Below, piece after piece: positions 53,034 to 64,000 of a DNA stretch of 64,000 bases; within the stretch, counting starts at the first letter, position 1, and each line of letters opens with the position of its first letter. The notes under the pieces were generated by a model. It was not told the DNA's origin and did not search any database. It was given only the letters and a program-made list of their open reading frames with translations. This DNA comes from Asterias rubens (Eukaryota). Location of the stretch: assembly GCF_902459465.1 (NCBI RefSeq), contig NC_047081.1, positions 10,354,001-10,418,000 on the forward strand, written 5' to 3'. Made by a program: the position numbers and the translations under genes.

Positions 53034-56000
53034 GCTGATCACCAGTAAATATGGCCAGTAATAGGATGGGAGACCATGACTTCATCATATAGTGGTTGGT
53101 GAGTTGGTTGGTTGTCTCAGAAACAATAAAAGGCATAGCTAAAAGTAGGTTGCCAGCAGTTCAGATTGCTGCAACTGGTACACATACCCCACTAATTTCT
53201 TATTTAGTAAAGAATTTTGCCAAACAGAAGTTTGGGGCCAGGCTGTTAATTTTGTGCAATGGCAGGAAAACAAGAATTGGTGCTTCCTATTTAAATCAAT
53301 AAGTGACATGTTTCCACCGAAAAGCGACACTGTAATGTCTGAAGATGGGACGGCAAAGTGAACATTAACAATTAAGCGTAAATAAGAGCCCCCCTCCTCT
53401 ACACTTGACTCAAGTCACTTGGTGTTGGGGATGACCTTAAGTGCCCTTAAAGGTCTGAGTTTTGGCTGTTCGCTCAAATTAGATTTAAATTTGGTCCACA
53501 GAGAGCAACATTTACAATGTCCAGAGGTTGACCTAACGGACGGTCCTTAAGCGCTAGTACCAAAGTTCCTATTTGACCAACCCTGATGTGCTTTGTTGTT
53601 GCCTCAACAACAAAAAACCCCCAAAATAAAACATGTTTGTTGAATAACTTTAACCATTGGGTACTCATGGTTACAACCTGTACAAGCTTCATTGTCAACA
53701 ACTTATTCATGGTTCAGTGCCCAAGCATTGTATCAACCCACAGTCATACAGCGCTAGCATGTTTCTTTGTTAGATGCTCACTGAACCGTATCACCTAAAT
53801 GCCACAACAGGAATTACATATCAGGGACAATGCACAAAAAGGCAAATTGCACTCATCTCCTTGGTCAGTCCAAATGCCTTAAATGTCTCGTTTTATTGCT
53901 GTTGTTGTTGTAAAATTAGTGTCTTTAAAGGCATCTCCGTTAAATTCAAACAAAAAACAACTCATCGTTCAGCACAATCCCAAAGTTTATTTGTTTTGGA
54001 ATGACATTATTGGGTTTTACCTATACCTGGATTTTAGAATGGCCTACTGGTCTTGTTTAAATGTTTCTATTATGTAAACTTTTCAGAAGATCCCCCAAAG
54101 GGGCTGGTGGAACCAAGGGACAAAGCCTGTGCAACCAAGCGATTTTATTTCAATCAAAGTTTTCAACTGAACCTCTTGCTGAAAAACTGAGCCAAACAAT
54201 TCTTTCATGATCGTTTGTAAGAACTAAAGGACGCTGGTCGATTATTTAATCGGGTCAGGCTGGGCTCTAATTTGTAGCTCAAAATATTTACTGGACCAGA
54301 TATTTTTTTTGCAAGACCAGATTTGAAAAGAATTTTTTTTAACTTGCTGACACATTGACTGCTTTTATTTCAGGGTCATATAAAATTTATATGAACCTGA
54401 ACCGAGACTACTATTAGGAAATTTATTCTCATTCTTATTGGTATTAAATATACTTGATTACTCATAGAATTGAATCAGACCCACATTTTAACATATTTTG
54501 TTTCTGTTATTCAATTGGAAAAAAAAAAAAAAAAAACCAAAACCCAAGACTGTCGAACATCTCTGGTCCTGAGTTTAGGGACAACGATGGGCTTCCGCTC
54601 TTCTTTCTTTGATGGTACATCCGTATTTCCACTTTTCACAAACAAATTAAAAGCTAACAGGGTTCAAATAAAAACAAAGGAATCTAGGGGGAATACTAGT
54701 TATCAATCAGAGGTGAAAAGTGAAACTGAAAACGAAGCTTCTTGCAGACAGTGAAAGTAACATTCAATGTGTCAACTTCAAAGAGACAGGGGTCGATTTC
54801 ACAAAGAGTTAGCACTCGTCTTATCGAGTTAGGACGAGGACGAGTAACTCGTCCTAACTTATGATTAATCTTAAGGTCTGCATGCTACAGTGCAGGGTTG
54901 GGACTCGTCCTAAGTCCTAAGATTAATCTTAAGTTAGGAAGAGTTTTGTGAAATCGACGGCAGGTTATATAGACAGAAGCACAAATTTTGAAAGTGGCGA
55001 AATATATTGTAGTTAAACATAATCTGAGACAGTTGGATTTATCTGCTCTGAACTATTTAGTGCTTTTAAAACAGCAATTTCATGTGCGTAATGACCTTAA
55101 ATGAAAATTGCATATAAATTGGGGGAAAAAGTCATAATGAACAAATGTTTTACTAAGAAAACGAATGTTTCTTTTTGCCAAACAAATACTTTGATGACCA
55201 CTCTTGATCAATACACCCCCAGTTTATATCAGGAGCTCCAAAACATGAACATACAGCTTGCACTAAGGACCTTATAGTTCAGAGCGGACCTAAATATGAT
55301 GTGTGACGTTAGCAAATGTTGAGATTGTGTTCAAATGTTTCACTGGATCACTCCATGTCTGTCTTGCATTGCACTTAGCCGCGCAGGAATTTTATAATTT
55401 TCTTAAGCATGCACTACAGATCTACTGTACAGTATAAACGGCACATGATTACAGCACCAACAAAAAATGACGACCATGAGCTTTGTCGAAAACAAAACAC
55501 ATGTGGCACACGGTGTTGTTGTTCTTCCTTCAAATTATACTCTGCTTTATTGGAGTGACCAAGAAAACATTAAAATCACAGTTTATGCTATTTACAACAA
55601 CCAACACAAACATAACCCAAGGGATGGTACATCACCGATAGTTAAATTCAGTTTCTTTTTTTAATATCAAAGAGCAGGCCTGTATGCTTCGTTTTTGAAA
55701 GGGCAAGGGCACCAAGGCATTTTCTCTTAGGCAAAGGGCACCCTATGAGGAAATTGTAAATTTCTACTGGAGCATTTCAAGGGCACCAAGGCAATGGCAA
55801 GGGGCAACGGAGGCAATCGCCTCCGTTGCCTCCGTGAAGTATCAGGCCTGAAAGAGTTTTGGTATTGGCTTATTGAATTTTTTTTTCAAAAAGGCCAAAG
55901 AAAGTTGACTGAACATTCATCTGACCGTGGATCATGAATACATTGAAAATGTCAACTTGAAGCTCACAGACTTGAAAGGCAAGATGCAGTGAAGTAATTA

Positions 56001-59000
56001 TAACAAAACCACGACCAAAAATTCCAGCACAAGGAAATGGAGCACCAACAAGGAAAATACGAACATTTTCCCTGTGAAAACAAAATGTCAACATTTCGGG
56101 GATTGGAATAACCTAATGTTCTAAACCAATGATGTACCTTCCCTTTAATAACAAGAGTTAATAATACCTTCGCCAACTACAGCTTTTGTAAACGATCAAA
56201 TACCATCACCACATTATTAAATGTTTTGAAAGGGTTAGATTTTCCAAATGATTTTCCAGAGTTAGTGTGTTGAATTGATGATTCTTGTTTGCAAGCTACT
56301 TCACAATAAACTACAACAAAAAATAACCTGTTTTGTTGCAGTCAACTTAAGACTATTAGGTAGGCCTGAGGTTTAAAACTAATCTTACATAAGTTCATTA
56401 GCAATTAGCAACATGAATCTTGTACGCAGAAGCATAAAATTAGCGTTTTCTATTTTAGCAATTTCTGAAAACTGGGTTATAGAAAGCTAAAGACGGGAGG
56501 AAATTATTGGTTATACTGTAAAGAGAAACAACTTCCACTGGTCCAGATATGGAATTTCATCTTTAAGAGGGCAATGTTATTTTTTATGGGCACTTCAAAA
56601 CAAATTTTTTAATCTGTGGACAACTTTTGAAAGGGCACTAAAGGCTAAGACCGGGCAACAGAGGTTATTAAAAATTTAAAATTTGAATAAATAAAATTCC
56701 CACTAGGAGCATTTTTGAAAAGAAAAGAAAGCAGTTTGAGCTGCCCCTAAAGCATGGTTGGGTAAATCAGTAATCCATCCTTAAAAATTTCCACAAGTCT
56801 AGGGGTTAAATTTGGGAGAATCTAAGGAACCTGTGGTCAGGGTAGAACGTAAACCCACACAGCTATGAAAACAAACATTAGAAAAAAAAACTCAATGACT
56901 TAGCAACACAAGTTTTCCATCAAGTCCATATAGATTACCACAAAAACTTTTCCAAGAATACCAAACACCGACTTAAAATATTTTTGTATAATGTTTTGTT
57001 TATAAAATGCAAGCTGGCTCCCTGAATGTTTTAACAAACAAGCCCCCTCATCATGAAACATTACAACTTTGTTACCAGACAATTGTGAGAGTATGTACAA
57101 AAAAAATCCCAAATAAGAAAGATTGAATTCGCCAGATATTATTTTTGCACTATTAGTATTAAAACAACGCTGCTAAAATATTACTTTTCTGTCACCGATG
57201 CATTTTTCAAAACCTGATTTTCCTAATTTTATTGTTTACAATATTTTATCATCGTGCTATTTAAAAAAAAAGTTCATTGGTGAAGATTATACGAAACCCA
57301 TTTTGAAAAAAAAACAAGTGACAGGAATGAAAAAAAAAAAAAATACAATTTAACAATGGTCTCAAGAATTTGGGGTTGAACTACCTGTTGGCCGCACACA
57401 CAATTCAATTGTCCCCCCCTCTCAATTTTTGTTTGTGGTAGTCATTTAAAATTTCCTTTTCTTTATTCCCCCTTTGATCAGAACCCAAAGTTTGTTAGCC
57501 CCACCCCTCAACCCTTTCACAATCCACAGACCAGGACAAACTCGTTCAAAACTAACCAAAAAGAAAAACAAAATCACTTTACACTTGAAAACTGAACTTG
57601 TAATAAGCTTAAAGGTGCAACCTCATACCGCCTTTCCCACAAAATTGGTGCATCAAGATTAAGAACATCTTCCTGGTTGAAAAATATCAAATATTTAAAG
57701 GAGAAGACAGAGGATCATTCGACAAACTCATGTTTGACGTTGCTTGATATGGCAGGAGTTTAACGATCCAAACTTGTTTTGGGTGGTAGAGTACGACGAG
57801 GCTGCACTTGTATTTTAAAACTCAGCAGATCTAATATATCTTTATATTTAACAGACATTCGATTTAAGCAACATTCATAAAACTGTGATAGACCCCTCAC
57901 ATATTTAAACCCGGGCCCCAAAACAGCACCTCTACTGAGGTCAATGTATCCTCATGATTGCCCAAGAGAAGTGAGTGGCACTCTAAGTTACTATTACTTG
58001 ACCTCAGTAAGGTTGTCAACGCCAGGGGTCTATCGGCAAGTTGTTATTTGATTTTTGTTTTGGTCACAGCTTCACATTAACCTGGCGAAAGAGGCACATA
58101 GTCGTCACAAAACACAGTGTAATTGTTCGCTAGTTATTTTTTTGTCTTTCTCCAAATTTATAAATTCATATTTACAAAGACGCAAACAATTGTGTTAGTA
58201 ATATCTTTTTTTGATCTACATTATTTAATAAATATAATTAAATTCATGATTTAGCTTGAATTCCTAAAATCTCTTTTCCAGCCTGTTTTCAATCCCATTA
58301 AAGTGTTTCGTCTTAAGATATATAATCAAAATCTAAACTAACAATTTTATAAATTCATACACAAATTGATAAACAAGGGTGCTAAGCGATCCAGCGACAT
58401 TCCTTCAATTGTTCTTTGAGCAACAGAGCTAATGATTTTTTTGGCATAATTTGGCACTAATTTTTCACCAGCGTTCATAACGTTTATCTGGTCGTCTTGA
58501 ATTTATGCTGGAATTGTATAAAATAACCTTCTTCATATTATCCTAGACTTTGCACCTACTTGGCAGGTCAGGTCTTACCCACTTCTAATACTGGAAACCC
58601 CCTATTTCAAAATGTTTTGTTCCATAGAGAACTCTAAGCTTTGGTAAAATTGAGAAAAATTAATAATTTTTTATATTCCTTTTGACCTTGGAAGAACATG
58701 ATCCAACCATAAAAAAAAAAATAATACAGATTTTACCCCTCTCCAGAAAATAAATAAAATTGTCATTTACCAAGGGATAAATTTATAGAATTAATAAGAA
58801 AGTATTACAAATTCATACAATCTTGAGATTTCCGAAGCCTACGATAAAAATTGTTAGTTACATATAAAGGTGCTTTCAAACTGTGCTTAAAACAACTTGA
58901 AGAGTTTTGATGTTTAAAAGCAGTACAAATCTTGATGAGTTAAGAATGTTGGTTCTTCATGCCTGGAATTCCATTCAAGGAAGCCAGCCCAAGCTGCCCG

Positions 59001-59512
59001 GTTTGTGTCCTCCATTAAGTAAATTAAATCAAGGCTAGCGCAGAAATTTGTCACTTGCACGTAAGCAGGGAATCGTGATCGTAAGCGCGTAAATGGCGAT
59101 AAGCAGAGCCATGAACTTGGACCCTGGTCTGGTGGTTTCAGAATGACTGTTAGGAGGAACCCCAAGATGTCAATTCTTTTAGTGGTGGTCACAACTTGCA
59201 CCATTTTCATATTCCATGACCAATGTTAAATGAGCAAGCACCATGAGACAATCAAGATTAAGAGTTAGTCCAAGCTTCTTAGGCTGAATAGTGAAAGGTG
59301 CAACTGGAAAGGTGGGGTGGGGTGGGGTGGCTGAGAGGCGACACCCTTCATGAAGTTCCAGGCAAGATGATGTGAGAGTTGATAAATTAATGAAAAAGTC
59401 AGAGCGATGAAAAGTTGTTAATGTCTAGAAGAAGCGAACAGATGGATTTCAGGTTAGCGATGGCAGGGAGCGAGGGAAGAGGTATGGTGTTAGGAATCGG
59501 TTACGTCTTTAC

Positions 59513-60246
59513 CTTCTTCTTTAACCTTAGGGTCATCTTCCGTCTCGTCTTGCGGGATGGCCGCAGCGGCAGCTGCAGTCGCAATCAAACTGTCGATGGA
59601 ATGCATGTTGGACGTGGGCTGCAGCAGGCCTTCTGTTGCGACGGTTACCACAGCATCATGGCCCTTTGTGCTCTGCATCGTCGTGGCAAGGGGAAGGATG
59701 TTGCCGACAGGGGGCACCCCCCGAAGGATTTGAGGGAGGGCAGGATGGGATGACTGTTGCACAATTGGTGTTTGAATGGAGGTGGGTGTGCTAGCCATGC
59801 TCATGCCGGTCACGGGGGTAGAAGTAGGGAGGCCTGCCAAATTAGCAGTCGACACAGGGTTGGTGCTGGACATGACAAACGGCCCCGTGAGCATGTTCAT
59901 GCCCTGCGGGGCAGGGCCGCCGGCTCCTGGGATGGTGTTCACCCCGCCGGGGAAGGAGAGAAAGTTACTCTGGACCTGAGAGGCAAGGGCCGACTGGGCA
60001 AGCTGGAGGAAGGCGGCGTACTGCTCCCTCTGGGCGTCGGTCATGCAGGCAATCTGCTGCTGGGTCAGGGTGGGCTGGCGGGCTATCATGTTGGGTCTGC
60101 AGTTTGGGGAGGCCATCGGGGAGGTCATGTTTGGTGAGGAGATTGGCGTCGACTCCAAGTCGCTGTGTCCGGAGTCCGCGTGATTCTTGGTGGTGAGTGA
60201 CAGGTCGTGTCGCACCTGTCCATTCACGATCTTGTTGCGCAGAATT
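59513..60246 (-). CDS. Pax exon C: paired end ILRNK, long S/T/P/Q-rich region, octapeptide-like HSIDSLIA (59580-59603), Ala run
   Basis: Within the 258-aa ORF 59490-60266; ttctgcag| acceptor; G|gtaaag donor in phase 1 matches exon D. Confidence 0.9.
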
Positions 60247-62253
60247 CTGCAGAAGAAAAACATCAATCAACCAATTCAATCGATCAGCATGGCTATTTGA
60301 TTATTTCAATTTGCTATTGCTGTATACATCAGTTTACCTGTTTTTAGGTTTTTAGCCTTCGAGAAAGACTCTGAAAGACTCTAGGGTCAAAACATAAGGC
60401 AATTAACTTGCGTCTTTTCCTTCTTCAAAACAAACAGAAAAACTATTTTTATACTGCCCACATCCAGGAATGAGTGGATTTTGTTATTCATAAAAGAAAT
60501 ATACTACTAGCACACTTGGCACTTTGCCAGCCAGCTTGAACTCCCATACAATGCATCAGCAATAGGCTTGTTTGTATACAATTAAAGGAACTGCCCAGGT
60601 ATAATTTATTTTTTAAATGATCACAAAGTATTAAAGTTTTCATGACTACATACATTGTACACATAAGTGACAGGATTTCACCTTAGCGATCAAGGTCATG
60701 TTTCTTATGTACATTTGCATTTAATCTATGTGATTCTCAAAACAACAAAGTGGAGCCAGACTATCTCATCACTTTAATTTGGTCATATTGATATTCCCAC
60801 ACCCGAGAAGTATGCCTGTACAGGCCTCCATTTAAACTGACGGCACCGACAGCCATGGTGCTCTGTGCTTTTGCTGTGGTGCCCTCAGCAAGGTTTTAAT
60901 AGTTTTCCGTGTACAAGTGCCCCTTATCAGAGACATTTTTGTGAACCCCTTCAAAAGAGAAGTTAAAGGCGTGACTGTGGATTTGTTCCTGGTAGGTCTC
61001 TGAAAAGCAATTAGTACAGCGCTTATCACACATCAGTGTACATGGTAAAATTAATTTTATATTGATTTGAACTTGGTAATACATTGTCTTCATCTTCTAA
61101 ATAAATACCGACTCGATTCCATGAGCAAAATCATCTGCAGCACAGTAACCATCCATTCTAAAATTTTGAGTGCAACAACAGAACTGTTCCTTTAATATTG
61201 TAATCATTTCAGTCCACAAATAGTTAACAATTGGTCAACCCAACCCCAACTACACCACAAAGTAACCCTTCTACACCACAAAGGGAACCCAGGTTTTCTT
61301 TACAGTCCTGCAGCAAGCACTTTTTGTATGTCCATTCTATGGTTTATTTTCAGGGGATGGTAGTACGCATGAATGCACAGACTCAACAAAGAGCTTCCTG
61401 GAGCAGTCCAGAGGTCCCTGGCACAACATTCAGGGGTCCACAACTACGATCCCCAGTGAACAATTTCTCACTGAAGCGTGGAAGGGACTGCAGTGGAACA
61501 TGAAAAGAGCTTCGCATGAATACACACTGTACAGTGCCTGATGAAAAATCATGCATGAGCGAACGGGCATAATGTACTTGTACTGTGGGTTTCGCTTTGA
61601 ATGAATGGAAACCATTTGGAAAATCCCAAACGGTGGCAAATACGTTCGTTCATTTTACACATCTGTCGCTCGCCCCATACAATCACTACATTATGCAATG
61701 ATGATGACAAATTCAGATTCTATCTTATGTTTAAATATTTGCCTTGTGAAAAAAATAGCTGTTCTTCAGATGTAAAGAAAATTTGCTCTTTGATGTAAAC
61801 CTCTTGCGCTGAGGATATGGTTCCAGGAAGCTTGTAGGAATCGTTTACTCCTGACCAGGGGTTACCAAACGATGGAAATGTCATCAATTCATAGTTGAAG
61901 ACCATTTGACAATGCCATTTCTTCTTTTGGGAGAGTAATAAAGTTTCTGATGTCTATTCTCACCCCCCGATTAAGTGGGGAGGTCTCCCAGCTGTATGTT
62001 TACCCTACATGTACGTTTAGTAAACCATCATGTTTTTCCCCGGCTACAAATGATTCAACAATCACTACACTATGCAATTTGGAAAGTTACATTTTTATCT
62101 CCTGTTTAGCACTACATCACATTTGTACACTTTTCAAACATTTATACTGTTTTGTTCATGAGGGTTTCTGTTTCTGACAGGAAAGTATTGAGCTAGTATT
62201 TATCAAGGCAAAGCTATAAAAAAACACCCCAATAAACAAACAAGGATTGTTAC

Positions 62254-62451
62254 CTGTTGATGGAGCTGACACTCGGTACCGTGTCCTTGGAGCACAACCC
62301 ATCCAATAGAAGTTTGTCCCGAATCTCCCAGGCGAAGATGGTGGGGCTGTCTCTCTTGTACTCAGCAATCTTATCAACGACATTGGACGTCGCTACCTTG
62401 GGCTTACTGCCACCGATCACTCCAGGGCGGATGGATCCCGTCTCTTGGTAT
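62254..62451 (-). CDS. Pax paired-domain exon B ([21 protein letters not shown]...[28 protein letters not shown])
   Basis: Linker and RED subdomain; 198 nt; phase 2 at both ends. Confidence 0.98.
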
Positions 62452-62760
62452 CTGAAGATGATCAAACAAAACTCAATTTAGATGTATGCAGGCATGATAT
62501 TTGGTCCTTGGGAAAAGTAGAAACAGTTCATAGTCTGTAGGCATTATAATTCAAAGAGGAATTTCCAAGTTCCTCATACCAAGGAAAAAACGCCTTGATG
62601 CCCTTGCCATATCAAAAACGTAGCATCAGGCCCAGTACTACTGTAGTATAACTTTGAGTAACAGTGGGGTTGCCCTTGATAAGTGTCGGACAAGACTTCA
62701 GAACTTGTGTACAATATCTTGGAAGATTTACATATAAATATCTGAGATGTTTCAACTTAC

Positions 62761-62926
62761 CTTACAAGGATCTTGCTGACGCAGCCATGAGAGACCTTGA
62801 GCTGCCGTGAGATGTCGCAGGAACGCACACCCTTCTTAGACAACTCTACGATAAGCTGGCGTATATGAACAGGTAAGGGACGGCCGTTAGCAAAGTTCCC
62901 TCCGAGTTGATTGATGCCTTCACATT
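62761..62926 (-). CDS. Pax paired-domain exon A ([56 protein letters not shown])
   Basis: PAI subdomain; 166 nt; tcctcag| and AG|gtaagt; needs an upstream phase-1 exon. Confidence 0.97.
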
Positions 62927-62993
62927 CTGAGGAAAACAAAAAACAACAACTTAAGGTTAGAAATGAAGCAATCTGTCCAAGGAATTCGGACAA

Positions 62994-63414
62994 GGGCCCA
63001 ATTTCATAAAACCTGTAAGCACAAAAACTTGTTGAGCACAAAAAACTTTTGCTAAGCAAAAATAGGTTAGAATATTTTACCCTACTGGCTGGTACCCTGG
63101 GCCCAATTTCATAGAGCTGCTTAAGCACAAAATTTTGCTTAAGCAAAAAAATTCATGCTTTGTAAAATCAGATTACCGGCCAATACTCCACTCAATTGTT
63201 ATGCTAAGTAAACAACAGCTAAATACCAGTCACAAGCAATGTATCTGGCATGACATTTTCGCCGGTAGCATGTGTAAATTAAGCAAGCTATTTTCGTGCT
63301 TAAGCAATTTTTTTGCTTAAGCAGCTCTATGAAATTGGCCCCAGATCATTTCTTGCTTAGCCAAGAAATTTGCTTAGCAGATATTTCTGCTTAAAAGCTT
63401 TATGAAATTGGGCC
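62994..63414. mobile_element. Family D MITE containing a nested family D MITE (63099-63341)
   Basis: Two left TIRs followed by two right TIRs. Confidence 0.75.
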
Positions 63415-64000
63415 TGGGATGAAGAGAGCTTTCCTCGTTAGCTCATGATCTCCTAATGAGCATATGATGTCCTAATGCGTATCATCCATGCCAGAGGACT
63501 CTGGAAAGCCACGAGTCCAAGCAACACAAATTCGTGGAAAATTACTTCTTTCTCGAAAACTTCGTCACTTCAGAAAGCACCATTTCTCACAATGTTTTAT
63601 ACCATCAACAGCTCTCCATAACTCGTTAACAAGTAAGGTTTTATGCTAATAATTATTTTGAGTAACAACCAACAGTGTCCACTGCCTTTAAATCAACTAA
63701 ATATCATGCACCAACTCTCAGAGGTAGAAAGAAGATTGAATCAGAGACCAGACATTTTTGCTTTGGTTGTTACATGTAGCTCCGAATTAAATGCGTTTCA
63801 ACATTTTTATAAACCAAACTCAGCAAAAAAGGTTTGGTTCTGTTCAGTTCTTCAAGTGCAGTACAAAATTGGCTTTGTTTGAGTGCTTAGTGTTAGTTAA
63901 AAAATATGCCGTGTTTTTTGTCAAGTTTCTTAGATAGCCAGGCATGCCACTGTAGCTTCCAGCGACTCCAGCTCTTTGTTTTGTGCTTAAAATAACAAAC

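Larger units (their letters stand above)
49296..62926 (-). other. Pax gene span (5'-incomplete), Pax2/5/8-related and divergent; ~590 aa encoded in window
   Basis: Seven exons join in frame with canonical splice sites. Full paired domain, no complete homeodomain. The ATG exon is not found in the window and probably lies beyond 64000. Confidence 0.88.

Noticed and set aside
54545-54640. Protein-like minus-strand stretch (GNTDVPSKKEERKPIVVPKL) as an extra Pax exon
   Set aside because: Weak acceptor, no convincing donor, and its phase does not fit the 59513 to 51029 junction.
57630-57675. 44-nt minus-strand segment with a good acceptor and a gtatga donor in the long Pax intron
   Set aside because: It would introduce an immediate stop in the incoming phase; such pseudo-exons are common by chance and there is no further support.
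59415-60279. Several overlapping ORFs (112, 126, 67 and 104 aa) around the 258-aa ORF
   Set aside because: Shadow frames of the GC-rich Pax exon C; no independent splice logic or homology.
63421-63500. ATG-containing minus-strand segment as the Pax first exon
   Set aside because: ATG GAT GAT ACG CAT TAG stops at once and there is no phase-1 donor; the start exon is probably outside the window.

Overview
Eukaryotic, AT-rich, repeat-laden genomic DNA. The repeat types and gene content suggest an invertebrate deuterostome, probably an echinoderm (inference). Two multi-exon genes face each other tail-to-tail. (1) A complete MELK kinase on the + strand: 14 coding exons hand-assembled across 5226-37359, all GT-AG with matching phases, 2028 nt, 675 aa, kinase-UBA-TP-rich-KA1. 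(2) A 5'-incomplete Pax gene on the - strand: 7 exons from 62926 down to 49296, with a divergent paired domain, Pax2/5/8-type exon boundaries and an octapeptide-like motif. This is the same neighbourhood and orientation as vertebrate MELK-PAX5. Introns and the intergenic gap hold TTAA-flanked (Kolobok/T2-like) MITEs, Harbinger-like MITEs, tRNA-derived SINEs, LINE remnants and Penelope-type fragments. Several of the Penelope-type fragments carry minimal hammerhead ribozyme folds with covarying stems. Other notable points are a triplicated splice acceptor before the MELK KA1 exon, a CPE/hexamer cluster right after the MELK stop, and a three-layer nested insertion. No rRNA, bona fide tRNA gene or CRISPR array was seen. 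Exon coordinates were read by hand, repeat ends are approximate, and all family assignments are by recognition rather than database search.
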